From: Planctomycetota bacterium
GTDB taxonomy: Bacteria; Planctomycetota; B15-G4; SIAN01
NCBI GenBank assembly: GCA_031409275.1
Contig: JANNXA010000014.1
Span: forward strand, 32,001 to 96,000
Reading direction: 5' to 3'
Length of the DNA stretch: 64,000 nt
How positions within the stretch are numbered: position 1 is the stretch's first letter; each line of letters opens with the position of its first letter. The notes under the pieces are model-generated. The model saw only the letters and a program-made list of their open reading frames with translations, searched no databases and had not been told where the DNA came from. The translations under genes were made by a program, and so were the position numbers. Below, piece by piece: positions 50,297 through 60,219 of this stretch.

Positions 50297-50911
50297 TCAA
50301 GTCGCCGGCGGCGGATCGAGACCGAGCAGCGCCTGGACGGCGAGGATCGTCGCCGCAAGGTCGGAGTTGACGACGACGTGGTCGTAGCGCTCGCGCTGCG
50401 CCATCTCCTGCTCGGCCCAAAGCAGGCGCTGCGCGACGACCTCCGGCGCGTCGGTCCGACGCAACGCGAGTCGCCGACTCAGCTCTTCGATCGACGGCGG
50501 CGCGATGAAGATCGACAGCGCCACGATCTTCTGCGCCCGCATCTGTGCGGCGCCTTGGACGTCGATGTCGAGCAGCATCAGGCGATCGCGGCGACCGCTG
50601 GCGGCAGCGAGCGGCGCGCGCGGCGTCCCGTAGCAGTTGCCGTAGACGCGCGCCCACTCGATGAACTCGCCGGCCGCGACCATCTCCTCGAACCGGGCCA
50701 GCGAATAGAACCAGTAGTCGACGCCGTCCACCTCGCCGACGCGGGGCTGGCGCGTGGTGGCGCTGATCGAGAGTTCGACGCGCGGATCGCGCAGCAGCGC
50801 CTTGCAGATCGAAGTCTTGCCCGATCCCGACGGTCCAGAGAGCACGGCGAGGCCGCCGCGGAACGGCTGCCGCGGAAAGGTCGCCCCCTTCACTGCGCGG
50901 AACTCGCTCAC
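50297..50911 (-). CDS. gmk: Guanylate kinase
   Basis: SGPSGSGKT, SISATTR.PR.GEVDGVDY, YGTP, DIDVQGA. Confidence 0.95.
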   Translation of the reverse strand: MSEFRAVKGATFPRQPFRGGLAVLSGPSGSGKTSICKALLRDPRVELSISATTRQPRVGEVDGVDYWFYSLARFEEMVAAGEFIEWARVYGNCYGTPRAPLAAASGRRDRLMLLDIDVQGAAQMRAQKIVALSIFIAPPSIEELSRRLALRRTDAPEVVAQRLLWAEQEMAQRERYDHVVVNSDLAATILAVQALLGLDPPPAT

Positions 50912-51789
50912 TCGAAGTTCGCCACCTGCTCTCGCAACTTCTCGAGGCTCGACTTGGCTTCGCGCACCTTGACCAGCAACGCCGCGTCCTGGACCTTGCT
51001 GCCAACCGTCTGCACCTCGCGCCCCATCTCCTGGACCAGGAACTCGAGTTCGCGACCGATCGGCCCTTCGCGCACCAGCAGCTTCTCGAACTCCGCCTCG
51101 TGCGACTTCAGTCGATCGAGTTCCTCGGTCACGTCCGAGCGATCGGCAAAGAGCGCAACCTCGCGCGCGAGCATCGCCGGATCGGGCGCGACGCCCTGCC
51201 CTTGGAGCAGCGCGGTGATCCGCTCGCCGAGCCGCTGCTGGTAGTGGCGGACGGTCTCCGGCACGTGCGTCTGGATCGCGGCGGCGCATTCGGCCACCTT
51301 CTGCACTTCGCGGCGCAACGCCGCGGCGAGCCGCTCCCCTTCGCGCGCCCGCATCTCGAACAGCGAGCCGAGCGCGGCGTCGACCACCTTCTGCAGTTCC
51401 GGCTTGAAATCGGCGGCGAGCTCGTCGGGATCGACCGGAGCCAGCACTCCTGGCAGCCCCAACAAGAGCGAGGCGTCGATCTCCTTGACGAGTTTTCGCT
51501 TCTTCAGGTAGGCGCGCAGTTGCTCGACGTAGTGGTCGGCAACCTTGGTGTCGAGGCGCGCCGCGAGCCGTTCGCCGGCATCGCGCCAGAAGACGGCTAC
51601 CTCGATCGAGCCGCGAGCGAAGCGCTCCTTGACGCGCTGCTCGACCCAGCCTTCGAGCTGCTGCAACGCGCTCGGCAGGCGGGTCTTCGTGGAGAGGAAG
51701 CGGTGGTTGACGGAGCGCGCTTCGCAGAGCAGGCGTGCCCCGCGACCTTTGCCGGCGGCGCGACCGAAGCCGGTCATGCTGGCCGGCAT
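50908..51789 (-). CDS. yicC: YicC/YloC family endoribonuclease
   Basis: SMTGFGR, RSVNHRFL, DVTEELDRL, GRELEFLVQEMGREVQTVGSK, REQVANFE. Confidence 0.93.
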   Translation of the reverse strand: MPASMTGFGRAAGKGRGARLLCEARSVNHRFLSTKTRLPSALQQLEGWVEQRVKERFARGSIEVAVFWRDAGERLAARLDTKVADHYVEQLRAYLKKRKLVKEIDASLLLGLPGVLAPVDPDELAADFKPELQKVVDAALGSLFEMRAREGERLAAALRREVQKVAECAAAIQTHVPETVRHYQQRLGERITALLQGQGVAPDPAMLAREVALFADRSDVTEELDRLKSHEAEFEKLLVREGPIGRELEFLVQEMGREVQTVGSKVQDAALLVKVREAKSSLEKLREQVANFE

Positions 51790-51793
51790 CGCG

Positions 51794-52408
51794 TCACTTC
51801 CCCGCTTCGGCGGATGCGCCAGCCGCCGGCGCGCGGCTGCCCGGCTTGTAGAACGGCTTGCCCTGCTTGCATTGCGGGCAATCGGCCACGTCCCACGCAT
51901 CGGTCGGCAGCGTCATCAGCGGCCGGAAGGGCAGGTCGCCGAACGGCGAAGGCGCATGTGGATCGGGCGAACGCCAGACGATCGAGCTGACGCCGATCAC
52001 CTCGACGCCCTGCGACTTCAGCAGATCGACGACTTCCTGCGCCGAACCACCGGTGGTGACCACATCCTCCACCACCACGACCTTGCTGGCGGCTTCGAGC
52101 GTGAAGCCGCGGCGAAGCGCCATCTTTCCGGCCTCGCGCTCGGTGAAGTAGCTCGGTGTGCCGAGGTAGCGGGCGACTTCGTGGGCAATGATGATGCCGC
52201 CGATGGCCGGCCCCACCACCGCGTCGACGAGCGCGTCGCTCCAGCGGCTGCCGATGCCGGCGCCGAGCAGCGAGGCGCGAGCCGGCGACGCGAGCACCCG
52301 TGCGCACTGGAAGTACTTGTCGCTGTGCTTGCCGGAGCTGAGCACGAAATGGCCGTTCAGCAGCGCCTGCGTCTCTTCGAGCAGGCGGCGGACTTCAGCA
52401 GCTTCCAC
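51794..52408 (-). CDS. pyrE: Orotate phosphoribosyltransferase
   Basis: GHFVLSSGKHSDKYFQC, VVEDVVTTGGS. Confidence 0.93.
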   Translation of the reverse strand: MEAAEVRRLLEETQALLNGHFVLSSGKHSDKYFQCARVLASPARASLLGAGIGSRWSDALVDAVVGPAIGGIIIAHEVARYLGTPSYFTEREAGKMALRRGFTLEAASKVVVVEDVVTTGGSAQEVVDLLKSQGVEVIGVSSIVWRSPDPHAPSPFGDLPFRPLMTLPTDAWDVADCPQCKQGKPFYKPGSRAPAAGASAEAGK

Positions 52409-52456
52409 GGATCGGCGCTCCGACGGGGGAGTTCGAGAGGCAGTGGCGAGGTGCGT

Positions 52457-52861
52457 CTACTTGCCGTCGCCGGGATTCTGGGGTGGCGTCGCGCCTCCGT
52501 TCGCGCCGAGGTTCTGCGTCGCCTTGTCGATCGCATCCTGGAGGGCCTGCTGATTCGGGTCGAGACGTTCGGGCGAAGGCTTGAAGTTCGGGTCGAGCGG
52601 CGTGGTGTCGGCCTCGAAGTGGAAGCGGTTCAGCACGACGCACAGCGTGAGGAAGACGCCACCGAGGATGGCGGTGAACTTGTTGATGCCGTGCGCCTTG
52701 ACGCCGAACGTCTCGGCGCCAGCGCCACCAAAGGCCTCGGCGAGACCGCCGCCCTTCCCTTCCTGCAGCAGGATCACGCCGATCAGCACGAGCATCGTGA
52801 CGATCAGCAGGAACCAGAGGAAACCGTGCAGGAGCGAGGCGAACGAGAAGAGCAGCATCAT
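52457..52861 (-). CDS. secG: Preprotein translocase subunit SecG
   Basis: ILLQEGKGGGLAEAFGG, two TM segments, downstream of tpiA. Confidence 0.92.
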   Translation of the reverse strand: MMLLFSFASLLHGFLWFLLIVTMLVLIGVILLQEGKGGGLAEAFGGAGAETFGVKAHGINKFTAILGGVFLTLCVVLNRFHFEADTTPLDPNFKPSPERLDPNQQALQDAIDKATQNLGANGGATPPQNPGDGK

Positions 52862-52875
52862 GGAGTCAAACCTCT

Positions 52876-53640
52876 TCAGCGCGCCCGGTTCGGGCACGCG
52901 GCAATGATCTTCAGCAACGACGCGGCGGTGAGCGACGCGCCCCCCACCAGGGCGCCATCGACGCCCTCGACCGCGAGCAGTTCGGCGGCGTTCTCCGCCT
53001 TCACCGAACCGCCGTAGAGAATGCGAGTCGAATCGGCGAACGCCTTGGAGAAGCGGCGCGCGAGCCAACCGCGGATCAGATGATGCACTTCACATGCTTG
53101 CCCCGGAGTCGCGTTCACTCCGGTGCCGATGGCCCAGACCGGCTCGTAGGCGATCAATAGCGACGCGACGGCCGCCGCCTCGACTCCGCGCAGCCCGCTT
53201 TCGAGCTGCTCGAAGACGACCGCCATCGTCTTGTCGGCCTGCCGCTGCGCGAGCGTCTCGCCCACGCAGAGGATCGGCACGAGGTGCTCCGCGAGCGCAG
53301 CGCTGAGCTTGCGGCCCACGAGATCGGAACTCTCGCCATAGAGGTGACGGCGTTCGGAGTGGCCGACCAGGACGTGGCTGCATCCGACGTCGGCGAGCAT
53401 CGACGCCGAGACTTCCCCGGTGAACGCCCCGAGCGTCTCATGCGAGACGTTCTGTCCGGCCGTCCAGATCGAGCCGCCGCTCAGCACTCCGGTCACGGCT
53501 TCGAGGTAGGGAAACGCCGGCGCCACTCCGACTTCGACCCCAGTCGCCGGCGCCTTCTCCCTCAGTTCACGTGCCAACGCCACGGCCGCGGAGCGGTCGA
53601 GGTTCATCTTCCAGTTGCCGGCAATGACAGGGATGCGCAT
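52876..53640 (-). CDS. tpiA: Triosephosphate isomerase
   Basis: AGNWKMN, GHSERR, AYEPVWAIGTG, YGGSV, LVGGASL. Confidence 0.98.
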   Translation of the reverse strand: MRIPVIAGNWKMNLDRSAAVALARELREKAPATGVEVGVAPAFPYLEAVTGVLSGGSIWTAGQNVSHETLGAFTGEVSASMLADVGCSHVLVGHSERRHLYGESSDLVGRKLSAALAEHLVPILCVGETLAQRQADKTMAVVFEQLESGLRGVEAAAVASLLIAYEPVWAIGTGVNATPGQACEVHHLIRGWLARRFSKAFADSTRILYGGSVKAENAAELLAVEGVDGALVGGASLTAASLLKIIAACPNRAR

Positions 53641-53664
53641 GGGCGGGCCTAGGGAAACCGGGGG

Positions 53665-53692
53665 ACGTTAACGGCGGGGCAGGGGCTGTCAA
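53665..53692 (-). promoter_or_regulatory. sigma70-type promoter of the tpiA operon
   Basis: Minus strand TTGACA-N16-TAACGT. Confidence 0.55.
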
Positions 53693-53787
53693 TTCGCCCT
53701 TGCTCCCACGGAGCGCCCGCCCGCGTGGACCGCCCGACGCGGGCGCCCGCTCGAATCGACCCGAAGGTCGCGTCCGCCGCCCGGTCC

Positions 53788-55284
53788 CTAGCGGGTGTAG
53801 GCCGACTCGTCTTCGACCTGCTTGGTGAACTCACGCAGGTCGATCGTCGCGTTTCCGATCCGCTCGAACGGCACGATCGGCAGGCAACGCGGGTCGCCGC
53901 CACCCTGAGAACGGCGCCACACGACGGCGCGCGCGACGTAGTAGCGAGTCGGCGGCTCGAGCGTGGCGATCGAGACGGTGATCGTGAAGACGTTGCTCTC
54001 GACGGTGAGCAACATCGCGAGCTTCTCCCAACGCTCGGGCGTGATCGAGCTCGAATCGGAGGTGAAGCCGTCGACCTTGCGCAGGTCGTCGATCGTCTTC
54101 AGCGGGTACTTGCCCGTCTTGTCGTCAGGATCGGGCGGCCCCTCGTCTTCAGGCGTCTCGCCACCGCGCGCCTCTTCACGCTTCTTCTTGATCTCGTCGA
54201 GCGCCTCGCGCCGGAACGTCTCGAACTCATCCCATGCCGCGTAGGGAACCTCGGAGTCAGGAAAGAGGCTCTTCAAGACCCAGACGGGCGCTGTGTTGAT
54301 GTTGATGCGACCGTTGTTCACGCCTTGCGCCTCGGGGCGCGCCTTCTGGTCATTGGAGACATTCGCGGGTCCGCCGTCAGCGACCTCGTCGTTGATGTCC
54401 TTGAACTCGAGGTTCGACCAGACCGTGAGACCCTGCGCGAGGCCGGGCACCCACTTCTGGTCATCCGGATCGTCGCCGATCAGGAACCCGGTCAACAGGC
54501 GCGTCGGCTGACCGCCCGCCAGCGCGAACTCCGCCAGCGAGAACGGCGCGAAGGTCGGTTGCGCCGAATCGCCCTTCCAGTCGCCCGATTGCAGTGCCGG
54601 AGTCGCAAGCAAGTCGTTGCCGCGCTCGCCGCGCATCCAACGCTCCATGCGATCCAGCGACTCGGACGCATCGCTGATCGAAAGGTCGTCCGGCTGGCCA
54701 TCGCGCATCAGGTCGAGGCAGCGCTCGAACCGGCTGCGCCACTCCTTGCGATAGTCGGGGTCCTCGGCCGCCAACAGCAGCACGTTCAGCTTCGAGTCCT
54801 CGTCGCTGATGTCGATTCGGGTGCGAAGCTGCGCCTCCTCGCCCAACGAGAAGTCGAATCCCGAGGTCGCCCAGGTTTCGTCGAGCGAGTCGACGTGGCT
54901 TCCCACCGCCCCCGAGTCGCCGGCGCCAGCCCCACCGCCACCGGCTCCGCCCGCACCGCCCGCACCGCCCGCACCCCCGGCACCACCCGCCGCACCGCCG
55001 CCGCCAGCGCCTCCAAGCGCGTCCTCGCCCCCCGCGCCCTCGCTCTTGTCGTCGTCGAGGTCGACGAGGAGACCCGCTTGAGCGCGCAGGATCGCGGCCC
55101 GCGCCAGCGCTTCCATCTGCAGCTCGGTGATGTCGTTGAGCGCCAGTTCGCGCTCGACATGGGCGGAGAAGCAGAACTGCGGCACGATCACCAGCAGCAG
55201 GACGATCACGAACATCGCCAGCACGAGGATGATCCCCGACTGCGAATGGCGGCGTCGATCGGCCACGGAACGGTCGGCGGTCAT
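53788..55284 (-). CDS. gspK: Type II secretion minor pseudopilin GspK-like protein with Gly/Ala-rich insert
   Basis: QSG|IILVLAMFVIVLL, DSLDETWA, ISDEDSKLNV, GRININTAPVWVL, LTVESNVFTI. Confidence 0.8.
   Translation of the reverse strand: MTADRSVADRRRHSQSGIILVLAMFVIVLLLVIVPQFCFSAHVERELALNDITELQMEALARAAILRAQAGLLVDLDDDKSEGAGGEDALGGAGGGGAAGGAGGAGGAGGAGGAGGGGAGAGDSGAVGSHVDSLDETWATSGFDFSLGEEAQLRTRIDISDEDSKLNVLLLAAEDPDYRKEWRSRFERCLDLMRDGQPDDLSISDASESLDRMERWMRGERGNDLLATPALQSGDWKGDSAQPTFAPFSLAEFALAGGQPTRLLTGFLIGDDPDDQKWVPGLAQGLTVWSNLEFKDINDEVADGGPANVSNDQKARPEAQGVNNGRININTAPVWVLKSLFPDSEVPYAAWDEFETFRREALDEIKKKREEARGGETPEDEGPPDPDDKTGKYPLKTIDDLRKVDGFTSDSSSITPERWEKLAMLLTVESNVFTITVSIATLEPPTRYYVARAVVWRRSQGGGDPRCLPIVPFERIGNATIDLREFTKQVEDESAYTR
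54927..55020 (-). repeat. 9-bp coding repeat (Gly-Gly-Ala) in gspK
   Basis: Repeated ccgcaccgc units encoding GGAGGAGGAGG. Confidence 0.8.
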
Positions 55285-55375
55285 GCACGGCTCCGGAAGT
55301 CTCGCCCGGTTCGACCGGAACGCGGCGGCGATCTTCCGGAATCGGGCGCCCGGCGCAATCGCCGGGGTCGGCGCC

Positions 55376-55795
55376 TCACTCGGCGGCCTGCAGATGCAGC
55401 CGGAACAGCGCGCGGCGCGCCGCCTCTCCCTCCAGGAGTTCGAGGGCGACTGGAAGCGGGCGCCACGCCAGCTCGGCTCGGACCGGCAGATCCGTCTGCG
55501 CCGGGTCCCATTGCGGGCGCACGCCGTAGCCCATGCCCCACTCGATCAGATCGAGGTCACCGACGCACTCGTGCGCGCAGACGCGCAGATCGACGAGCCG
55601 CTCGGGCGGTGGCGCGTGCCAGTCATGCTGCATGCTGCGCCGCGTCGCCACTTCGAGCGACTCGGTGTAACCGACCTCAGCCGGGATCGGCGACCACGAG
55701 AATTCCTCGTGCGGCCAACGTCGCTCGAAAAGGTACTCGACGCCGCTGGCGCGACGACGGAAGACGTAGATGAGCACGCGGTGTTCGAGGGCCAT
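55376..55795 (-). CDS. Nudix-fold protein (NudB-like) with degenerate Nudix box
   Basis: VLIYVFRR..GVEYLFERR...W.PIPAEVGYTESLEVATRRSMQHDWH...WRPLPVALELL; GAGG RBS. Confidence 0.6.
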   Translation of the reverse strand: MALEHRVLIYVFRRRASGVEYLFERRWPHEEFSWSPIPAEVGYTESLEVATRRSMQHDWHAPPPERLVDLRVCAHECVGDLDLIEWGMGYGVRPQWDPAQTDLPVRAELAWRPLPVALELLEGEAARRALFRLHLQAAE

Positions 55796-55851
55796 GGCGC
55801 TACCTCGCTGATGCTTCGATATCGACGCGATCGAGGCGCGCCACCGCCGCG

Positions 55852-55892
55852 AAAAAAAGACCGCCCCGCGACGCCAATGCGACGCGGGGCGG
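55852..55892 (-). terminator. Rho-independent terminator after 55929-58061
   Basis: ccgccccgcg...cgcggggcgg stem followed on the minus strand by T7. Confidence 0.75.
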
Positions 55893-55928
55893 CTGCATCA
55901 GGACTTCAGTTTTGCCGCAGCTCGTCAC

Positions 55929-58061
55929 TCAGCCGGTGGTGATGACGACGAGCGGCGAGCCGTCGACCTCGCGCACCTCATAGTTGAATCCGACGATCGC
56001 GGACAACTGCGAAAGGATCACCTCGAGGTCACCGCTGCGCGCGCGATAGTCGACTTCGACGGACGCGAGCGATTCCGGGAAGTCGATGGTGGCGCCAGTC
56101 GCCTTTTCCAGATTGGCGAAGAGAGCCCCGAGCGTGCGGCCTGAAGTCGCGGGCGCCGGAGCCTCGGTCTCCATCGACACCGGCTCCGGCATCGACTGAT
56201 ACTCCATCGCCCGTGCGGTCGTCATGGTCCACGCGGCGGCCGCTGCCATCGTCGGCAGCACTCCGGTCGGCGTGAAGAAGCTGATCGACATTCCGTTGCG
56301 ATCGGACCGGCCCGCGATCCCGATGCCGGTGAAGTGACGCGAAACCACCTCCGCCTCGGGCAGCGCGGCAGGATCAAGGCGACCGCCGCTCCCCTCCTGG
56401 ATTCCGCCCGCGACCATCGGCACGAACTGGTAGCCGATCGAGATGAGTCGCTCGAGGTCGACGAACGCGAGCATCGACAGACCTTCCGCCGTCGGCTTGC
56501 CGGTCAGCGCGTGCAGCACCGTCTGCAGCCGCGCATTGTCGAGCGCGCTGCCGGAGCGGCCGCTCTCGCGCGCCCGCAACGCCGACTTCAGCGCCAGCAC
56601 GTTGGGCGCGATGCAGAGCACGTCGTTGGTGAGCGCCACGACGGGCTGCACCGGCGAACCCTCCGGCACCACGGTGAAACCGTGGCACCCTTCCGGCAGC
56701 CCGCGCGCGTCGTTCACCACGAGCCCTTGCTGCACCATCATCTGGCGCGCCCGATCGAGCAGCTTCTCGAACTGCTGGCGATCCCCGACTTCGAGCATCA
56801 GCATGCCGTCGGGCAGCATCGAGCCGGCGCCCGGCGGCGTCAGGTAGAGGCCGACTTCATCGCCGAACGCCGCCACGAGTTCGGCGCGAACGTCCATGCC
56901 CGTCTCGCGATCCATCTCGCCAAGCGCCATCTCGATCCCTCGCGAGGAACCGGGCGCGATCTGATCCGCCACCGTCACCAGCTTGTCGAGCATCGCTTCC
57001 GGAGCGAGGCGCAGGCCGAGGTAGAAGCCCGTCTCCGCCGGCGCCGACTTCAGGAAATCGAAGCCGCCATCGACGCAGTCGAGCAGCGAGAGGATGCCGG
57101 TCGGCGGCTGCGACCAGCTGATCGCCAGTGAATCGCGTACGCCGCCATCGACGAAGCTCGACGCCAGGCCGATGGACTCGACCGCGGAGATGCCGAGCAG
57201 GTCCATCTCCTCCTTCACGATCGGCGGCACCAGCCGCTCGAAGAGTCGGGCCACGTTGGCGACGTTCACGTACGCCTGGAGAGCCGGGGCTCCTCCGGTC
57301 ACCTGCGCCTGCCACTTCTTGAACGCTCCGCTGCGCGCGAGCGATTCGACCTGCGGAGCGGCAAGGCAACGTTCGAGCGAACTCGCTGAGCCGCTGAACC
57401 ACCAGCGCTTGCCCTCGGCGGCGAAGTAGATCGCCGTGGCCGGAGCATCGGAATCGAAACGAAGCGCGAGGCGGTGCGCGTCATGGCCTGCGATCCGGCA
57501 CTCCTCGGCGCGCGCGTCGAGGCCCGACTGGCGCAGCTGCCCCACCATTTCCTCGAACCAGCCCTTGAAGCGCTGACCGACTTCGACGCTGGCCACGGCA
57601 TCGAGGCCGATCGACACGTTCGCCATCTGGCCGGAGCTGGCGTGCTCGATCAGGCCGCTCAGCTGATTGACCGTGCGCGCATCGAGCGGGTGCGAGGCGG
57701 AGAGTTCGAGACGGCTGCCGCCGAACTCGACCTCGATGCCGCGCACGGCGAGCTCGACACGACCGTCGACGAACTGCCGCCATGGCACCGAATCGAGGAG
57801 CTGACGCAAGCCGGCCGTGGAGATCTCGGCGTGGAGTTCGCCCGCCATCGGTTCGAGGAACTGGCGCACCTGCGGTTCGTCGAGCAGCGTCGTCAATCCG
57901 AGGCTGGTCATCCCGTCGACCATGCGGGTCGTGTCGAGCGAGACGTAGAGCAGGGCGTCGCCGCCAACTCGATCGGCGAGCGAATCGCCACCGACGAGCT
58001 CGACCGGATCGGACGCCGACGAGGCGAGCACGATCGCCAACGGGACCGAGACAAGTTGCAT
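55929..58061 (-). CDS. DUF3352-like secreted protein with C-terminal STN/secretin-N0-like domain
   Basis: Similar to 23535-25946 (LLDEPQV, GMDVRAELVAAFGDEV); tail TLGALFANLEKATGATIDFP...LEVILSQLSAIVGFNYEV. Confidence 0.65.
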   Translation of the reverse strand: MQLVSVPLAIVLASSASDPVELVGGDSLADRVGGDALLYVSLDTTRMVDGMTSLGLTTLLDEPQVRQFLEPMAGELHAEISTAGLRQLLDSVPWRQFVDGRVELAVRGIEVEFGGSRLELSASHPLDARTVNQLSGLIEHASSGQMANVSIGLDAVASVEVGQRFKGWFEEMVGQLRQSGLDARAEECRIAGHDAHRLALRFDSDAPATAIYFAAEGKRWWFSGSASSLERCLAAPQVESLARSGAFKKWQAQVTGGAPALQAYVNVANVARLFERLVPPIVKEEMDLLGISAVESIGLASSFVDGGVRDSLAISWSQPPTGILSLLDCVDGGFDFLKSAPAETGFYLGLRLAPEAMLDKLVTVADQIAPGSSRGIEMALGEMDRETGMDVRAELVAAFGDEVGLYLTPPGAGSMLPDGMLMLEVGDRQQFEKLLDRARQMMVQQGLVVNDARGLPEGCHGFTVVPEGSPVQPVVALTNDVLCIAPNVLALKSALRARESGRSGSALDNARLQTVLHALTGKPTAEGLSMLAFVDLERLISIGYQFVPMVAGGIQEGSGGRLDPAALPEAEVVSRHFTGIGIAGRSDRNGMSISFFTPTGVLPTMAAAAAWTMTTARAMEYQSMPEPVSMETEAPAPATSGRTLGALFANLEKATGATIDFPESLASVEVDYRARSGDLEVILSQLSAIVGFNYEVREVDGSPLVVITTG

Positions 58062-58224
58062 GCGATTCTCCACCGACTGCGAAACGCGACCGGCGGGGCG
58101 GCGGGTCGCGCGGCGAGGCTCTGGAACGAGGGCCCCCGTACCTCGGAGCGGCGCTGCTCCGTTCAGGAGAGCGAGGCGCCGGGACGCTGGCGGAGAGACG
58201 CCGGGGCGCGGTGACGTTGCAGCG

Positions 58225-58264
58225 AAAAAACCAGAGCCGCACGCGAGGGGGTCGCGCGCGGCTC
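58225..58264 (-). terminator. Rho-independent terminator downstream of the putative 6S RNA
   Basis: Minus strand gagccgcgcgcga-loop-tcgcgtgcggctc-tggtttttt. Confidence 0.7.
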
Positions 58265-58331
58265 CAGCGTGGTCGCGAACTTCCGGCATGAGCGGCCGGA
58301 AGCCTTGCGTTTTCAAGTAACCCCGAGGAGT

Positions 58332-58510
58332 GAACCCAGCCTCAGTGCCGCAAAGGAAACCGGGCTAGCCTTGAACCTGATCCAACCGAGAGGCCGGTCC
58401 TCACGCCACGGGGTCAGCGTCCTCTTCAACAAAGGGTGTGCCGCTGCGGCCTTCACGATCCCCGCTCGTCGATCGTTCGCGTCGAGCTCGCTAAGTGGTT
58501 GCTCAGGCTC
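58332..58510 (-). ncRNA. ssrS: Probable 6S RNA
   Basis: About 180 nt intergenic; ends pair (gagcct/gggttc, cttag/ctgag); CAGGTTCAAGG...CGGCACTG 3' motif; TTCAAT -10-like box upstream and terminator downstream. Confidence 0.62.
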
Positions 58511-58616
58511 GAATTGAAGTCGCCGGCGCCGCGCCCCCAGCCCGCCCTCGCGCCGTCCCTGCGCCGCGCTTTCGCTCATGCGACGCCAGCGGCATCGGCG
58601 AAGCGCGCAGGTCGCG

Positions 58617-59531
58617 TCAGCGCCGCTTCTTCGGCGGCGCGAAATAGCGCGGGAGCACCTTGGCGAGCTTCGCCCGCGTCGCGCGCGGCTGCTGCTCGGC
58701 GGCCGTGACGATCGCGAAGCGGCACGCATCCGGGCAGCCGCAGGCGCGCGAAGCGGCGGCGACCTTGGGAAGCAGCGTCGGCAACAGCGCTCTCGCCCGA
58801 GCGGCATTCGACGTGAGGTTCGCGAGCACCATCTGGATGTCGACGTCCGCCTCACCGTCACGCCAGCAGTCGTAATCGGTGACCATGCAGACCAGCGCGT
58901 AGCAGAGTTCCGCTTCGCGAGCGAGCTTCGCTTCGGGCAGCGCCGACATGTTGATCAGCCCGGCGCCGAGTTGGCGATAGCTCTGGCTCTCCGCCCGGGT
59001 CGAGAAGAGCGGTCCCTCCATGCAGACGAGCGTCGGCTCGCCGAGTGCACCCGGCAGATTCGCAGCGCGCAGTTCCTGGCGCAGCAGGCTCGCGAGCCGC
59101 GGGCAAAACGGATCCGCGAAGGCGACGTGGCCCACCACGCCGTCGCCGAAGTAGGTGTCGGGACGATGGCGCGTGCGATCGATCAATTGCGCAGGAACGG
59201 CGAAATCGAGCGGCCGCAGCTCTTCGGCGAGGCTGCCGACGGCCGAGAAGGCGACCACCTGCTCGACGCCCAGCGACTTGAGCGCGGCGAAGTTGGCCCG
59301 CCCATTCACCTCGCTCGGGAGCAGTCGGTGGCCCTTGCCGTGACGCGGCAGGAACGCGACCGCCTGCCCGGCGATCTCGACGACGCTGATCGGGTCCGAC
59401 GGCTTGCCCCAAGGCGTCGTCGGGAAGAGCGTGGCGAGGCGCTTCGCGCCGGGGACTTCGTAGAGGCCGCTGCCGCCGATGACGCCGATCCGGACCGGCG
59501 GAAGGCGCCGGCTTCGCGCGCGCTTCGCCAT
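58617..59531 (-). CDS. mtnP: S-methyl-5'-thioadenosine phosphorylase
   Basis: IGVIGGSGLY, TPWGKPSD, FLPRHG, MEGPLFSTRAES, EAKLAREAE, VTDYDCW. Confidence 0.94.
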   Translation of the reverse strand: MAKRARSRRLPPVRIGVIGGSGLYEVPGAKRLATLFPTTPWGKPSDPISVVEIAGQAVAFLPRHGKGHRLLPSEVNGRANFAALKSLGVEQVVAFSAVGSLAEELRPLDFAVPAQLIDRTRHRPDTYFGDGVVGHVAFADPFCPRLASLLRQELRAANLPGALGEPTLVCMEGPLFSTRAESQSYRQLGAGLINMSALPEAKLAREAELCYALVCMVTDYDCWRDGEADVDIQMVLANLTSNAARARALLPTLLPKVAAASRACGCPDACRFAIVTAAEQQPRATRAKLAKVLPRYFAPPKKRR

Positions 59532-59532
59532 C

Positions 59533-60219
59533 TCAGACTCCGAGCTTCTTGCACAGCTCGAACAGGTCCTTCACCACCATCTTCGGGGTGATCCCGTCCT
59601 TCAGCTTCGCATTGCCGCGCGCCACGAATGCGCACGCGATGCCGAGCGTTTGCGCCGGCTCGAGGTCGTGGAACGAGGACGAGCTGACGTGAAGCCAGCC
59701 GGCAGCGCGCGAGCCGAGCCGACGCTTCGCATCCTGGAAGTGCAGCGGCGCTGGCTTGTACGAGCGCACGTCCTCGGCCGTCACCATCTCGGCGAACGGG
59801 ATCCCGAGCCGCTCGACGGTCGCCACGAGAGGCGCGCGATCGACGTTCGACAGCAGCAGCAGCGGGAAGTGGCTGCCGAGACGACGCAACGCCGAGACCG
59901 TGTCGGGAAACGCGGGCCAGCGACGCAGCGAGTCGGCGATTCGAAGCGCCGTCGGCTCGTCGAGCGTGCCACCGAACTGCACGAACGCCTCGCGCAGGCT
60001 CACCGCGAAGATCTCGCGGTAGTGCCGGTACGGCAGCGCTTCCCACTCCGCCTCGCGCTGTTCGCGGAAACGCAGGAACTCGTCGAAGCGCGCCTTGACC
60101 GCATCGAAGGCGCCTTCTTCGATGAGCGCGTCTTTCAGCCCCTGCTCCCAGTCCACCAACGTGCCGAAGCAGTCGAAGGTGAGCGCCTGGTAGACCGGGT
60201 TCTCCTTGCCGGATGCCAC
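59533..60219 (-). CDS. HAD-superfamily hydrolase (haloacid dehalogenase type II-like)
   Basis: FDCFGTLVDWE, LSNVD, SYKP, LHVSSSSFHDLEPA; GGGAGGGG RBS before GTG. Confidence 0.88.
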   Translation of the reverse strand: MASGKENPVYQALTFDCFGTLVDWEQGLKDALIEEGAFDAVKARFDEFLRFREQREAEWEALPYRHYREIFAVSLREAFVQFGGTLDEPTALRIADSLRRWPAFPDTVSALRRLGSHFPLLLLSNVDRAPLVATVERLGIPFAEMVTAEDVRSYKPAPLHFQDAKRRLGSRAAGWLHVSSSSFHDLEPAQTLGIACAFVARGNAKLKDGITPKMVVKDLFELCKKLGV

